Shown here: positions 46,655 through 54,525 of the stretch, piece after piece
How the letters are laid out: each line of letters opens with the position of its first letter
Position numbering within the stretch: the first letter of the stretch is position 1
Origin: a virus
Taxonomy: Duplodnaviria; Caudoviricetes
Virus record (IMG/VR): IMGVR_UViG_3300025082_000009
Coordinates: 1 to 58,667 of that record
DNA: 58,667 nt
Direction: 5' to 3' (one strand)
Program-made: the position numbers and the translations under genes
The notes under the pieces: generated by a model
What the model was told of the DNA's origin: nothing
Databases searched by the model: none
The model's input: the letters and a program-made list of their open reading frames with translations, nothing else

Positions 46655-46880
46655 TTTGGTAAAGATTTATAACTATACACATAAAGCGCGCGAACAGGCG
46701 CACAAGCTAGGTGGCAGTGAGGTCGGACTTGAAGACATTAATGCCCACATGTACGGGCTGATCATCAAAGGCGATGGTAGCCCAAAGTACGGGCATTACC
46801 GCGAAGTGTTGCGCTCTTGCGACGGAGAAGCTAGGTTCTATAATGTTTGTCGTTTGGAGGTGGTCAATGAAGGTCGGTGA
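46641..46880 (+). CDS. MQVGDLV cassette protein
   Basis: Ends LEVVNEGR. Confidence 0.75.
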   Translation: MQVGDLVKIYNYTHKAREQAHKLGGSEVGLEDINAHMYGLIIKGDGSPKYGHYREVLRSCDGEARFYNVCRLEVVNEGR

Positions 46881-47055
46881 TTTGATAAGATTTAGAGGAT
46901 CGCGATGGGCTGGCTATATGGTGGCAAAAATGTATCGGCCTGCATCTGGCAAGCATAAAGGCGCGCCGCGAGTTAACGCCCTTAATACCTTCACGGGTGA
47001 AACGATGATCGAGATACGCCCCAGCGCGCTGGAGGTGATCAGTGAAAGTAGGTGA
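46867..47055 (+). CDS. MKVGDL cassette protein
   Basis: Ends LEVISESR. Confidence 0.75.
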   Translation: MKVGDLIRFRGSRWAGYMVAKMYRPASGKHKGAPRVNALNTFTGETMIEIRPSALEVISESR

Positions 47056-47242
47056 TTTGGTACAGTTTGGCAACTGCGATACTTTTGGCCAAAATAGAGT
47101 TGGCATCGTCTTCGCGATTGATGAAACCATCGATCACGCAGACCCAGACGTTAGGTGGTGCGGTGTACTCTGGGCGAATCGCTTTCCACCACGCACTGTA
47201 ACTGCTAGCCGTTATTTGGAGGTGATAAGTGAATCAAGTTAA
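47042..47242 (+). CDS. MKVGDLV cassette protein
   Basis: Ends LEVISESS. Confidence 0.75.
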   Translation: MKVGDLVQFGNCDTFGQNRVGIVFAIDETIDHADPDVRWCGVLWANRFPPRTVTASRYLEVISESS

Positions 47243-47540
47243 AGTCAGTATCCGACCCGCGCTCTTCACTGCTCCGAGCGGTCAGCGTTATGCGGTTGCA
47301 GGCTCACAATGGGTTCCTGTGCCCTCGGACACAACTCAAGCGAACATCGACCAGTTTGTGATCTACTCGCCGCCAGAAGCCCAACAGGACGATAATAACG
47401 GGTCGTGGCAAGTAACAGGATCCAAGGGCAACACTTATACTGTGCGCACCCGTGATGGACAGTGGTTCTGCTCCTGTGCTGGGTTTAGCTTTCGTCGCAA
47501 GTGTCGGCACATCGAGGAGACAAGAAATGAAAGTCGGTGA
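47229..47540 (+). CDS. SWIM zinc-finger protein inside the cassette chain
   Basis: GSKGNTYTV, CSCAGF..CRH; ends NESR. Confidence 0.75.
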   Translation: MNQVKVSIRPALFTAPSGQRYAVAGSQWVPVPSDTTQANIDQFVIYSPPEAQQDDNNGSWQVTGSKGNTYTVRTRDGQWFCSCAGFSFRRKCRHIEETRNESR

Positions 47541-47676
47541 CTTGGTGAAACATAAAACCACAAATAAGTGTTATGTGATTACAAACATACGTGGCAACCG
47601 TGCAGGCGTATGGACTGACGGGCAAGTGCGCTTCTTTGGTGGTTGGTGGTTGGAGGTGATCAATGAAAGTAGGTGA
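47527..47676 (+). CDS. MKVGDLV cassette protein
   Basis: Ends LEVINESR. Confidence 0.75.
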   Translation: MKVGDLVKHKTTNKCYVITNIRGNRAGVWTDGQVRFFGGWWLEVINESR

Positions 47677-47878
47677 TTTGGTGAAACATTTTCTGACCGA
47701 TCAGTTGGGAATCATAATCGAGTCGAAAGACGAGCGCAATGATACAAGTCCATTTATCACGGTACAATACCATGTCTTATGGACTACGCAAGGACAGTCT
47801 CTGTTCGGAGCAGGACACAAAGAATGGTGCTCATGGTGCAGTATTAACACGGTGGAGGCGATCAATGAAAGTCGGTGA
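47663..47878 (+). CDS. MKVGDLV cassette protein
   Basis: Ends EAINESR. Confidence 0.75.
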   Translation: MKVGDLVKHFLTDQLGIIIESKDERNDTSPFITVQYHVLWTTQGQSLFGAGHKEWCSWCSINTVEAINESR

Positions 47879-48050
47879 TTTGGTTCGTAACAAGGAAGGG
47901 GAACATTTTTTAGTCGTTCAACGATACAAGGTTTATAACTATACTGGGCCCAATAGGTGGGCTGACTCCCTCTACTGTCAGTCAACAAAAACAGGAAAAA
48001 TAGAGAGCCTTCAAGTGAGCGATCTGGAGGTGATTAGTGAAAGTCGGTGA
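47865..48050 (+). CDS. MKVGDLV cassette protein
   Basis: Ends LEVISESR. Confidence 0.75.
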   Translation: MKVGDLVRNKEGEHFLVVQRYKVYNYTGPNRWADSLYCQSTKTGKIESLQVSDLEVISESR

Positions 48051-48246
48051 TTTGGTTAAATGGCGCGGTTCCGTCGCAGTCGTTGTTAGGGAGAACCGCC
48101 ACTATGTCAGGGATGGCTTCGTCGTCGATGAAGACAGCCTCACCGACGGCGCGCCGCTATTGCTGCGACATTTTAGCTGGGACATCCTTAGCGGGGATCG
48201 CGTGGTTCGTATCCTGCGAAAGCTCCCGCTGATTAATCCCTCTTGA
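48037..48246 (+). CDS. MKVGDLV cassette protein, module-terminal, paralog of 43880
   Basis: Stop within next promoter TTGACA. Confidence 0.75.
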   Translation: MKVGDLVKWRGSVAVVVRENRHYVRDGFVVDEDSLTDGAPLLLRHFSWDILSGDRVVRILRKLPLINPS

Positions 48247-48298
48247 CATTCACTTGACAACTTAACTATAGACAACCCGAATCAAACTGTGGTATAAT
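48243..48298 (+). promoter_or_regulatory. 56-bp module promoter, copy 4
   Basis: Same architecture. Confidence 0.9.
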
Positions 48299-48329
48299 GT
48301 GCTCACTAGTTAGAGAAGGAGACAACAGC

Positions 48330-48560
48330 ATGACATTAACACCCTCGCGCAAAGCATCGAGTCGCACGAAGAACCGCATACGGGAACATGGCCCACACTT
48401 TGAAGTGGTTCGTGTTGACAACGCTATGTGTCTTCACGGGCGACAGGCGGCTCTTGTGACGGCTCCTGATGGCTGGAGGGGCTGGTTGCCTCTTGATGAG
48501 CTACAAGAGACTGTAAGGGCACCAGAGCGCACCCTGACTAACGACCCGATTGACTGGTAA
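48330..48560 (+). CDS. Hypothetical protein
   Basis: AAGGAG SD before ATG 48330. Confidence 0.65.
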   Translation: MTLTPSRKASSRTKNRIREHGPHFEVVRVDNAMCLHGRQAALVTAPDGWRGWLPLDELQETVRAPERTLTNDPIDW

Positions 48561-48569
48561 GGAGACAAA

Positions 48570-48773
48570 ATGCAAGTAGGTGATCTAGTTAGATTTTATG
48601 AAAGCACCCACCCTGAATACAACGGGATTGTTATCTGGAGAGGTAGAGTTGACTCTCCAATGGAGACTGTGAAGATCCTCATGTTTGACGGATCCACCCA
48701 AATCAGATCGCCCAGTAGCATCGTGGAAGTCCTATCACCAGCGCATAAAGAGGTGATACATGAAAGTCGGTGA
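48570..48773 (+). CDS. MQVGDLV cassette protein
   Basis: Ends EVIHESR. Confidence 0.75.
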   Translation: MQVGDLVRFYESTHPEYNGIVIWRGRVDSPMETVKILMFDGSTQIRSPSSIVEVLSPAHKEVIHESR

Positions 48774-48960
48774 TTTGGTAAAATGGAGAAGCAAGACAAA
48801 CCCAAACTATTACGGGGAATACCGCGAGGCTGTTGGGGTTATTGTGAAAGTTCACCACTATCCCGATAAAAGTATCATCGCCGACATTTTGATGGACGGC
48901 AAGGTGACCCGTTGGAACGAGACAAATCTTGAGGTGATAAATGAAAGCGAAAGTCGGTGA
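48760..48960 (+). CDS. MKVGDLV cassette protein
   Basis: Ends LEVINESESR. Confidence 0.75.
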   Translation: MKVGDLVKWRSKTNPNYYGEYREAVGVIVKVHHYPDKSIIADILMDGKVTRWNETNLEVINESESR

Positions 48961-49102
48961 TTTAGTGAGGCACAGAGGTAACCACTCTATATGGCTGGTA
49001 ATGAAGACTGATGTTAACTTCGATGAAGTGTTGGTTGTTCGGAGCAGTTACAGAGAATGGATCTCTACAAAAGCATTTGAGGTGGTCAGTGAAAGTCGGT
49101 GA
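48941..49102 (+). CDS. MKAKVGDLV cassette protein (53 aa, not in track)
   Basis: 6-bp duplication in junction; ends FEVVSESR. Confidence 0.7.
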   Translation: MKAKVGDLVRHRGNHSIWLVMKTDVNFDEVLVVRSSYREWISTKAFEVVSESR

Positions 49103-49391
49103 TTTAGTCACGCTCTCGTCTTATGCAGAGGGGTTGATAGACCTTAAGGTGTATAGCTCCTTCTGGCGCGCCGAATACTTCAACAAGAAACCGCTGATGG
49201 GTATCATCGTGGAAGAGGTAAACTGGATCTGGATTGCCAAGCCATCACAGCAGCCCTTCCGTGTTCGCTGGCTCAATGAGCCTGACCCAAGGCTGATCCC
49301 CAATGGACGCGGAGGGAGGCACAAAGAGTGCTTCTTCACGCGCAAGGATCTGAAGCTAGTGAGAGCCCCCAAGAAGAAAAAGACCTCTTGA
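49089..49391 (+). CDS. MKVGDLV cassette protein, module-terminal
   Basis: GTG start; stop within next promoter. Confidence 0.75.
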   Translation: MKVGDLVTLSSYAEGLIDLKVYSSFWRAEYFNKKPLMGIIVEEVNWIWIAKPSQQPFRVRWLNEPDPRLIPNGRGGRHKECFFTRKDLKLVRAPKKKKTS

Positions 49392-49443
49392 CATTCACTT
49401 GACAACTTTGTTATAGACAACCCCCATTAGCTTGTGGTATAAT
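49388..49443 (+). promoter_or_regulatory. 56-bp module promoter, copy 5
   Basis: Same architecture. Confidence 0.9.
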
Positions 49444-49473
49444 GATGGCATATCAAGTAAAGGAGATATATCA

Positions 49474-49695
49474 ATGGCTACTAACCTTCCCAACGTAATG
49501 ACTTTCGCAGACGCATGCGAAACCTTCACCACCGAGATCCTCCCAGTGATCCAAGAGCAGTATGAGCAAGACGGCGAACCCGATTGGCCCGCACGATGCG
49601 AAACATGGAGCAACTGGACAGATAGCCTGTGTGAAAACAACCAGATCAGCGATTGGCAATGTGAGAACTGGTCACACCCACCCTGCAACGGTTGA
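49474..49695 (+). CDS. Small acidic Trp-rich phage protein (single-gene module)
   Basis: AAGGAG SD; stop within next promoter. Confidence 0.7.
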   Translation: MATNLPNVMTFADACETFTTEILPVIQEQYEQDGEPDWPARCETWSNWTDSLCENNQISDWQCENWSHPPCNG

Positions 49696-49747
49696 CATTC
49701 TCTTTACAACTTTGCTATAGACAACCCTACTTATTTTGTGGTATAAT
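49692..49747 (+). promoter_or_regulatory. 56-bp module promoter, copy 6
   Basis: TTGACA-5-TTTACA-9-TAGACA-18-TATAAT. Confidence 0.9.
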
Positions 49748-49796
49748 ACTCTCGTATTCACAAAGAACCACACACCCAATCCAAGGATAACACCAC

Positions 49797-50882
49797 ATGT
49801 CAGTCGATTTCGCAACCTTTCTGTCCGTCGCCCCTCACATTCTCAACTCACGCTTGCCTGTTCTGGTTCGCGGCCGTCACGGAGTTGGCAAATCAGAGGT
49901 AGTATATCAGATCGCCGCCGCCCGCGATCTTCCTGTCGTTGAGCGCCGCGCCTCACAGATGACCGAAGGCGATCTTCTTGGTCTTCCTGATACCGCTGAC
50001 ACTGCTATTAACGGGCGCAAGTGTACCACTTGGAACGCTCCAGATTGGCTTGTAACCGCTTGCGAGCAACCCGTGTGCCTCTTCCTCGATGAGGTTGACC
50101 GCGCGACAATGGAAGTCCGTCAGGGGCTCTTTGAGTTGACCGATAGCCGTAAGCTCAACGGCTGGCACTTGCACCCTGAGACTCTCATCATCGCAGCCGT
50201 TAACGGTGGCGAGCATGGCGCACAATACCAAGTTGGCGAGATGGATCCCGCCGAGCTTGACCGCTGGACTGTCTTCGATGTCGAGCCTACTACTGAAGAT
50301 TGGCTCAAGTGGGGACAAGACAATGTAAACACTGTCCTGTGGGACTTCATCAACCAGAATCGCATGCACCTCGAACACACTGGTGACTTCGAGCCCAACA
50401 AAGTGTACCCTTCACGCCGTAGCTGGAAGCGTTTCAGCGATACCGCTGGCGATGCAGGAGTCTTTGAGGAAGGTGGGGACTCTGGGCTCCTGTTCCACCT
50501 TGCGACCGCGTTCGTCGGCTTCGAGGGCGCTGTAGCCCTCAAGGACTTCGTTGATCGCTACGAATGGCAAGTTACCATTGAGGACATTCTGGACAACGGA
50601 GAGGTCGCCAAGACTTCGCAATGGGGTATTAACGACCACGCCGCAATGATTGAAAAGTTCGAGGCATCTGAATCGTTCCGCGAGACTCTTACGGAGAACC
50701 AGATCCAGAACCTTGCAGACTACTTCGTCACGCTTCCTTCAGAGGTCGCTATGAAGCTCTGGACGGTCATCGGGGATGTCGATAACATCGACAACGTGGT
50801 TGCTATCCACAAGGCTACTGCAACCGATGGCACTCGCGTGTCTGACCACTTGGTGACTATCCTAGGCGGAGATCAGGCATAG
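49797..50882 (+). CDS. MoxR/AAA_5-type AAA+ ATPase
   Basis: GRHGVGKS, DLLGLP, LFLDEVDRA, AAVN, DPAELDRW, PSRRSW. Confidence 0.85.
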   Translation: MSVDFATFLSVAPHILNSRLPVLVRGRHGVGKSEVVYQIAAARDLPVVERRASQMTEGDLLGLPDTADTAINGRKCTTWNAPDWLVTACEQPVCLFLDEVDRATMEVRQGLFELTDSRKLNGWHLHPETLIIAAVNGGEHGAQYQVGEMDPAELDRWTVFDVEPTTEDWLKWGQDNVNTVLWDFINQNRMHLEHTGDFEPNKVYPSRRSWKRFSDTAGDAGVFEEGGDSGLLFHLATAFVGFEGAVALKDFVDRYEWQVTIEDILDNGEVAKTSQWGINDHAAMIEKFEASESFRETLTENQIQNLADYFVTLPSEVAMKLWTVIGDVDNIDNVVAIHKATATDGTRVSDHLVTILGGDQA

Positions 50883-50892
50883 GAGCACGACA

Positions 50893-51129
50893 ATGAAAGA
50901 TAGAAAGAAAAGACGTTACGACATCGGAACATTGCTTATCTGCAATGCGAACAACCAAGCACACCTTATAACTGATTTGCGCGAGCTACCGAAAGCCGTA
51001 TATGGCACCACCGATGTAAAGCGCCGCGAATATCAGCTATTTGGTCGATGGGGACAATCGCCAAGTCGCAACAAAGAGCATCGGTGGGTCGCAGATGTCG
51101 ATCTCCGTGTCAAGTATTACATCCCGTAG
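50893..51129 (+). CDS. KOW/SH3-like small protein
   Basis: YDIGTLL..; AGGAG SD. Confidence 0.55.
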   Translation: MKDRKKRRYDIGTLLICNANNQAHLITDLRELPKAVYGTTDVKRREYQLFGRWGQSPSRNKEHRWVADVDLRVKYYIP

Positions 51130-51152
51130 CCACCCCCACAAGAGAGGACAAA

Positions 51153-51383
51153 ATGAACCAACCACCCAATACCCCAAACTACCCCAAGCCTATGACTGTG
51201 GGCTCTCTGGTGCGCCACAAGCGCCTTATCGATAACCCTGTCGGAATAGTGATCGAACACTTTATGTGGGATGGATACGCTGGTGGACTTGAGGTTAAGT
51301 TCCTCAAGCCCTACGCCAAGGGCTCTACTGGCACTTGGACAACCAGACGAGATCGCTATGACTCGTGGGAAATAGTCAGTTGA
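51153..51383 (+). CDS. KOW/SH3-like small protein
   Basis: VGSLVRHK..VGIVIE..WEIVS; stop in next promoter. Confidence 0.65.
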   Translation: MNQPPNTPNYPKPMTVGSLVRHKRLIDNPVGIVIEHFMWDGYAGGLEVKFLKPYAKGSTGTWTTRRDRYDSWEIVS

Positions 51384-51435
51384 CAATCACTTGACAACTT
51401 AACTATAGACAGTCGTACTGATTCTATGGTATAAT
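51380..51435 (+). promoter_or_regulatory. 56-bp module promoter, copy 7
   Basis: Same architecture. Confidence 0.9.
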
Positions 51436-51464
51436 ACCCTTGTATTCAGCGATAGGAGCCTTCA

Positions 51465-52700
51465 ATGACCGACCAACCCTTTAACTTGAACATGCACACG
51501 GCGCGCCTCTTGATGCGCGAGCCCTTCTTCGCCGCGCTCTCGCGACGGATTGACAAGACAGCTAGCACTCAAGTGCCGACTGCGGGCGTACGAATCAACC
51601 CTCATACCCAGCAGTTTGAGTTACTCTACAATCCTGATTTTATGGGAGCATTGAGTGATAAGCACAAGCTGGGCGTTCTGATGCACGAGTTCTATCATAT
51701 CATCTTTGAGCATGTGACGGGTCGCAAGCCAGCCGATGGACTCAAGCGGATCGACAACATCGCGATGGATCTCGCGATCAATGGCTTGCCCGAAATGAAC
51801 GGTATGCTTCCCAATGAGGCAAATCCTGGCCCTATCATAGAGGGCTCTACGGAGCCTATGAAGGGTGTCTTTCCTGAAGAAGGGCCCTTTGCTCATCTTC
51901 CACCTAGCATGACCTACGAATGGTATTTAGAGGCTCTTAAGAAGATGGGTGAAGACCAGCAAGAGAATGAATCTGGTGAAGGTGGGCAAGATGGGGATCC
52001 CTTCGATGGCGCAGACTCGTTTGACTCTCATGAGAGCTTTGGAGAGGGCGACAGCACCACGCAGGGGATCGCCAAGGAGCGACTTAAGGAAGCTGTCAAG
52101 AAGGCGGCTGAAGAGGCTCAACAGGCGCGTAACTGGGGCTCTGTCTCCTCCTCGATGCGTGAAGAGATCCTAGATCGCATTGCGACACATGTTGACTGGA
52201 AGAAAGTCCTGCGTTACTTCATCAAGACCTCTCAACGCGCGGATCGCCGTTCGACTCCTCGCCGCCTCAATCGGCGCTTTCCCCGCATACATCCTGGAAA
52301 ACGGGTACGTCGTCACGCTCGCATCGCTATCAGCATCGATCAATCGGGCTCTGTTGATGACCAAATGCTCGCCGCGTTCTTCTCCGAGTTGAACGAGTTG
52401 GCTTCGATTGCCGAGTTCACCGTCGTACCCTTCGATACTGAAGTTATAGAGAGTACCGTATATGTTTGGAAGAAAGGATCACACCGCCGTACCGAGCGCG
52501 TACTTCACGGCGGAACATGCTTCGATGCTCCCACGCGCTACGTCAACGATAACAGCTTTGACGGGCACATTATCCTGACTGACCTGATGGCCCCTAAACC
52601 GATTCCAAGCAAGTGTCAGCGCATGTGGATGACCACAAAGCGGTATGCTGACAACCCCTACTTTTCGACCAATGAAAGAATCATCGCCATCGACGTATAG
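51465..52700 (+). CDS. HExxH metallopeptidase-like plus VWA domain protein (DUF2201-type), MoxR partner
   Basis: HEFYH, NIAMDLAIN, MIDAS DQSGS, GGTCF, ILTD. Confidence 0.85.
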   Translation: MTDQPFNLNMHTARLLMREPFFAALSRRIDKTASTQVPTAGVRINPHTQQFELLYNPDFMGALSDKHKLGVLMHEFYHIIFEHVTGRKPADGLKRIDNIAMDLAINGLPEMNGMLPNEANPGPIIEGSTEPMKGVFPEEGPFAHLPPSMTYEWYLEALKKMGEDQQENESGEGGQDGDPFDGADSFDSHESFGEGDSTTQGIAKERLKEAVKKAAEEAQQARNWGSVSSSMREEILDRIATHVDWKKVLRYFIKTSQRADRRSTPRRLNRRFPRIHPGKRVRRHARIAISIDQSGSVDDQMLAAFFSELNELASIAEFTVVPFDTEVIESTVYVWKKGSHRRTERVLHGGTCFDAPTRYVNDNSFDGHIILTDLMAPKPIPSKCQRMWMTTKRYADNPYFSTNERIIAIDV

Positions 52701-52701
52701 A

Positions 52702-52875
52702 GTGCAGGTCGGTGACCTCGTGAGAATCGAGGGAACCTATCAGTCCGACATGCCCGACTCAATGGTCGGTCTGGTGATCGAGAGGGAATCGAGAACCATG
52801 TGGAGAGTTTGCTTTACTAACGGCATAATCCTACACATCTGGCAAGGGCACATGACCCCCTTGACAAACACTTGA
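52702..52875 (+). CDS. MQVGDLV cassette-like protein
   Basis: GTG CAG GTC GGT GAC CTC. Confidence 0.65.
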   Translation: MQVGDLVRIEGTYQSDMPDSMVGLVIERESRTMWRVCFTNGIILHIWQGHMTPLTNT

Positions 52876-52916
52876 CAACTTACCTATAGACATCCCCTGT
52901 AATCTTGTGGTATAAT
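52861..52916 (+). promoter_or_regulatory. 56-bp module promoter, copy 8
   Basis: Same architecture. Confidence 0.9.
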
Positions 52917-52945
52917 GTACGCACATTGAAACGAACAGGAACCTT

Positions 52946-53788
52946 ATGTACTTTAATAATCCGCCAAAGCCCGCCAATGCCCCCAAACGAACAAGCTGGA
53001 AATCTGCGTTTGCAGAGTTGCTATCCAACCCTGCGCTTTCTGATCGCGATCGCGGGGTCGTCAAATCGCTACAGGGTCACTATGAGAGGGCCCGCACGTT
53101 GACCGCTGGGCGTAAGTCGTACTTCTACATCATTAAGGAGCGCACCGATGCGGCGGCTGTCGCCATCGCCGAACGCGCCGCTTTGGGTGAAACCACAATG
53201 TGCGCGCGTTTGAAGGCGCTCGATTCTCGCATTGAAGATCGATCCTCTTGGGATGCTGGCTTCGTTGAGAGCTTGATTCGTCAAGAGGCTCAACGCCAGC
53301 TTTCTGCGCGTCAGGTGGAGACTCTAGAGAAGATCGAGGCTCGCCATACCGATGAGCTTCTCTCGGAGCGTCAGGCGTGGCTCAACGGCGGCTATGGGGC
53401 AACCGAGCGCGTACGCATGCGCTTGGCTTGTGAATACTATGGACGCAGTGGTTACTACTCTACTATTACCTCTCGCTTTTTTGCCGATGAGGATTATATG
53501 CCTACTAAAGAACACTACGACAAGGTAGTCAATAACAAGTATGCCCAAAAGGTGATCACTGCTTGGGAAGCGCCAGCAAAGTATCCCGTGGGAACACTGG
53601 TTACGTTGCGTAGCAATGCGCCCGCTAGCGTTTGGCGCACAATGGGGCCACAAGCGGCTTGTGTGGTGATCAGCGTCAATGAGCCCATCGTTAGCTCTGC
53701 CAAGGGCTGTAAACGCTACAAGGTGCTTCCTGTGGGGTCTGCCTTGGTCTGCTTGGTTGAGGAACGCTACCTTAAGATTCGCCGATAA
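52946..53788 (+). CDS. Hypothetical protein with C-terminal KOW/SH3-like domain, paralog of 35826
   Basis: WDAGFVESL, KYPVGTLV, GCKRYKVL..LVEERYLK. Confidence 0.75.
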   Translation: MYFNNPPKPANAPKRTSWKSAFAELLSNPALSDRDRGVVKSLQGHYERARTLTAGRKSYFYIIKERTDAAAVAIAERAALGETTMCARLKALDSRIEDRSSWDAGFVESLIRQEAQRQLSARQVETLEKIEARHTDELLSERQAWLNGGYGATERVRMRLACEYYGRSGYYSTITSRFFADEDYMPTKEHYDKVVNNKYAQKVITAWEAPAKYPVGTLVTLRSNAPASVWRTMGPQAACVVISVNEPIVSSAKGCKRYKVLPVGSALVCLVEERYLKIRR

Positions 53789-53837
53789 CCCATTACTCAC
53801 TCTAGTTACTATAATCAACAAATAAAGGAAGTATTTC

Positions 53838-54065
53838 ATGGAAACCCAACTTTCAGCATCAACAACACAGTTTGAGCTATCCCAGCTTGCAGCCGAGAAC
53901 ATCGTTTCACAACTTGTATTCTTCGCAATGCTTCGGGATCCCGCTGCACTGTCCGATCCGCTTTCCCCTATTCAGCTTAAACTTGATGGTGTCGATCAGG
54001 TTGGCTCGACGTTAGAGACTGTCCTGTTGCTAGCAACCCAGCGCATGGAGGCGGCTGAAGCATGA
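53838..54065 (+). CDS. Hypothetical protein
   Basis: AAGGAAG SD. Confidence 0.55.
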   Translation: METQLSASTTQFELSQLAAENIVSQLVFFAMLRDPAALSDPLSPIQLKLDGVDQVGSTLETVLLLATQRMEAAEA

Positions 54066-54310
54066 GCGAAGTCAAAGCCTTGCGCGAGGCACTAGCGCAG
54101 ATTGTTGATAGCTACCTCTATCTGACGGATGGTGTGGGAGTCATCACTGACGACGCTTACCTCGCCGCTAGAGCGGCTCTTCGCCTGAATGCGGGTCGAG
54201 AGCCCTTCGAGAGTCTACCCACGAGCACAGACCCCACAGAGGCTCAACGCATTGACCCTTATGAAATGATAGGGGAAGTCCCGCAAACTCACAAGAAAAC
54301 AGCCAACTAG
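54062..54310 (+). CDS. Hypothetical protein
   Basis: ATGA overlap, GGAGG SD. Confidence 0.55.
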   Translation: MSEVKALREALAQIVDSYLYLTDGVGVITDDAYLAARAALRLNAGREPFESLPTSTDPTEAQRIDPYEMIGEVPQTHKKTAN

Positions 54311-54325
54311 GAGATATACACACAA

Positions 54326-54523
54326 ATGGATAATTATACAGCGATTGGACGCGCCGAAGGGTTCATTGATGCGACTGAAGAGCAACAGCTTGAAGCATGG
54401 CAACACTTGATCGATACTGGCATGGCTTGGACGCTTCAAGGCTGGTTCGGGCGAACAGCAACTCATTTAATCGAAGAAGGGATCTGTACTGATCTCACAA
54501 CTAACAAACAAGAGGATAACTAA
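54326..54523 (+). CDS. Hypothetical phage protein
   Basis: AWQHLIDTGMAWTLQGWFGR; AGGAG SD. Confidence 0.65.
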   Translation: MDNYTAIGRAEGFIDATEEQQLEAWQHLIDTGMAWTLQGWFGRTATHLIEEGICTDLTTNKQEDN

Positions 54524-54525
54524 AT

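Larger units (their letters stand above)
40218..52720 (+). repeat. Dispersed ~30-bp dual-coding junction repeat (about 31 starts) defining MKVGDLV gene cassettes
   Basis: Consensus GGAGGTGATYA RTGAAAGTCGGTGATTTRGT; starts at 40218, 40432, 40483, 40676, 42386, 42555, 42709, 42881, 43056, 43216, 43427, 43880, 44520, 44677, 44849, 45018, 45181, 45389, 46505, 46641, 46867, 47042, 47527, 47663, 47865, 48037, 48570, 48760, 48941, 49089, 52702. Confidence 0.95.

Noticed and set aside
40218-49391. CRISPR array interpretation of the junction repeats
   Set aside because: Inter-repeat segments are 110-270 bp, protein-coding and irregular; repeats are degenerate and non-palindromic; no cas genes in the window.
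40218-52875. Classical integron with attC sites
   Set aside because: No inverted-repeat attC structure between ORFs (they overlap) and no tyrosine integrase in the window.
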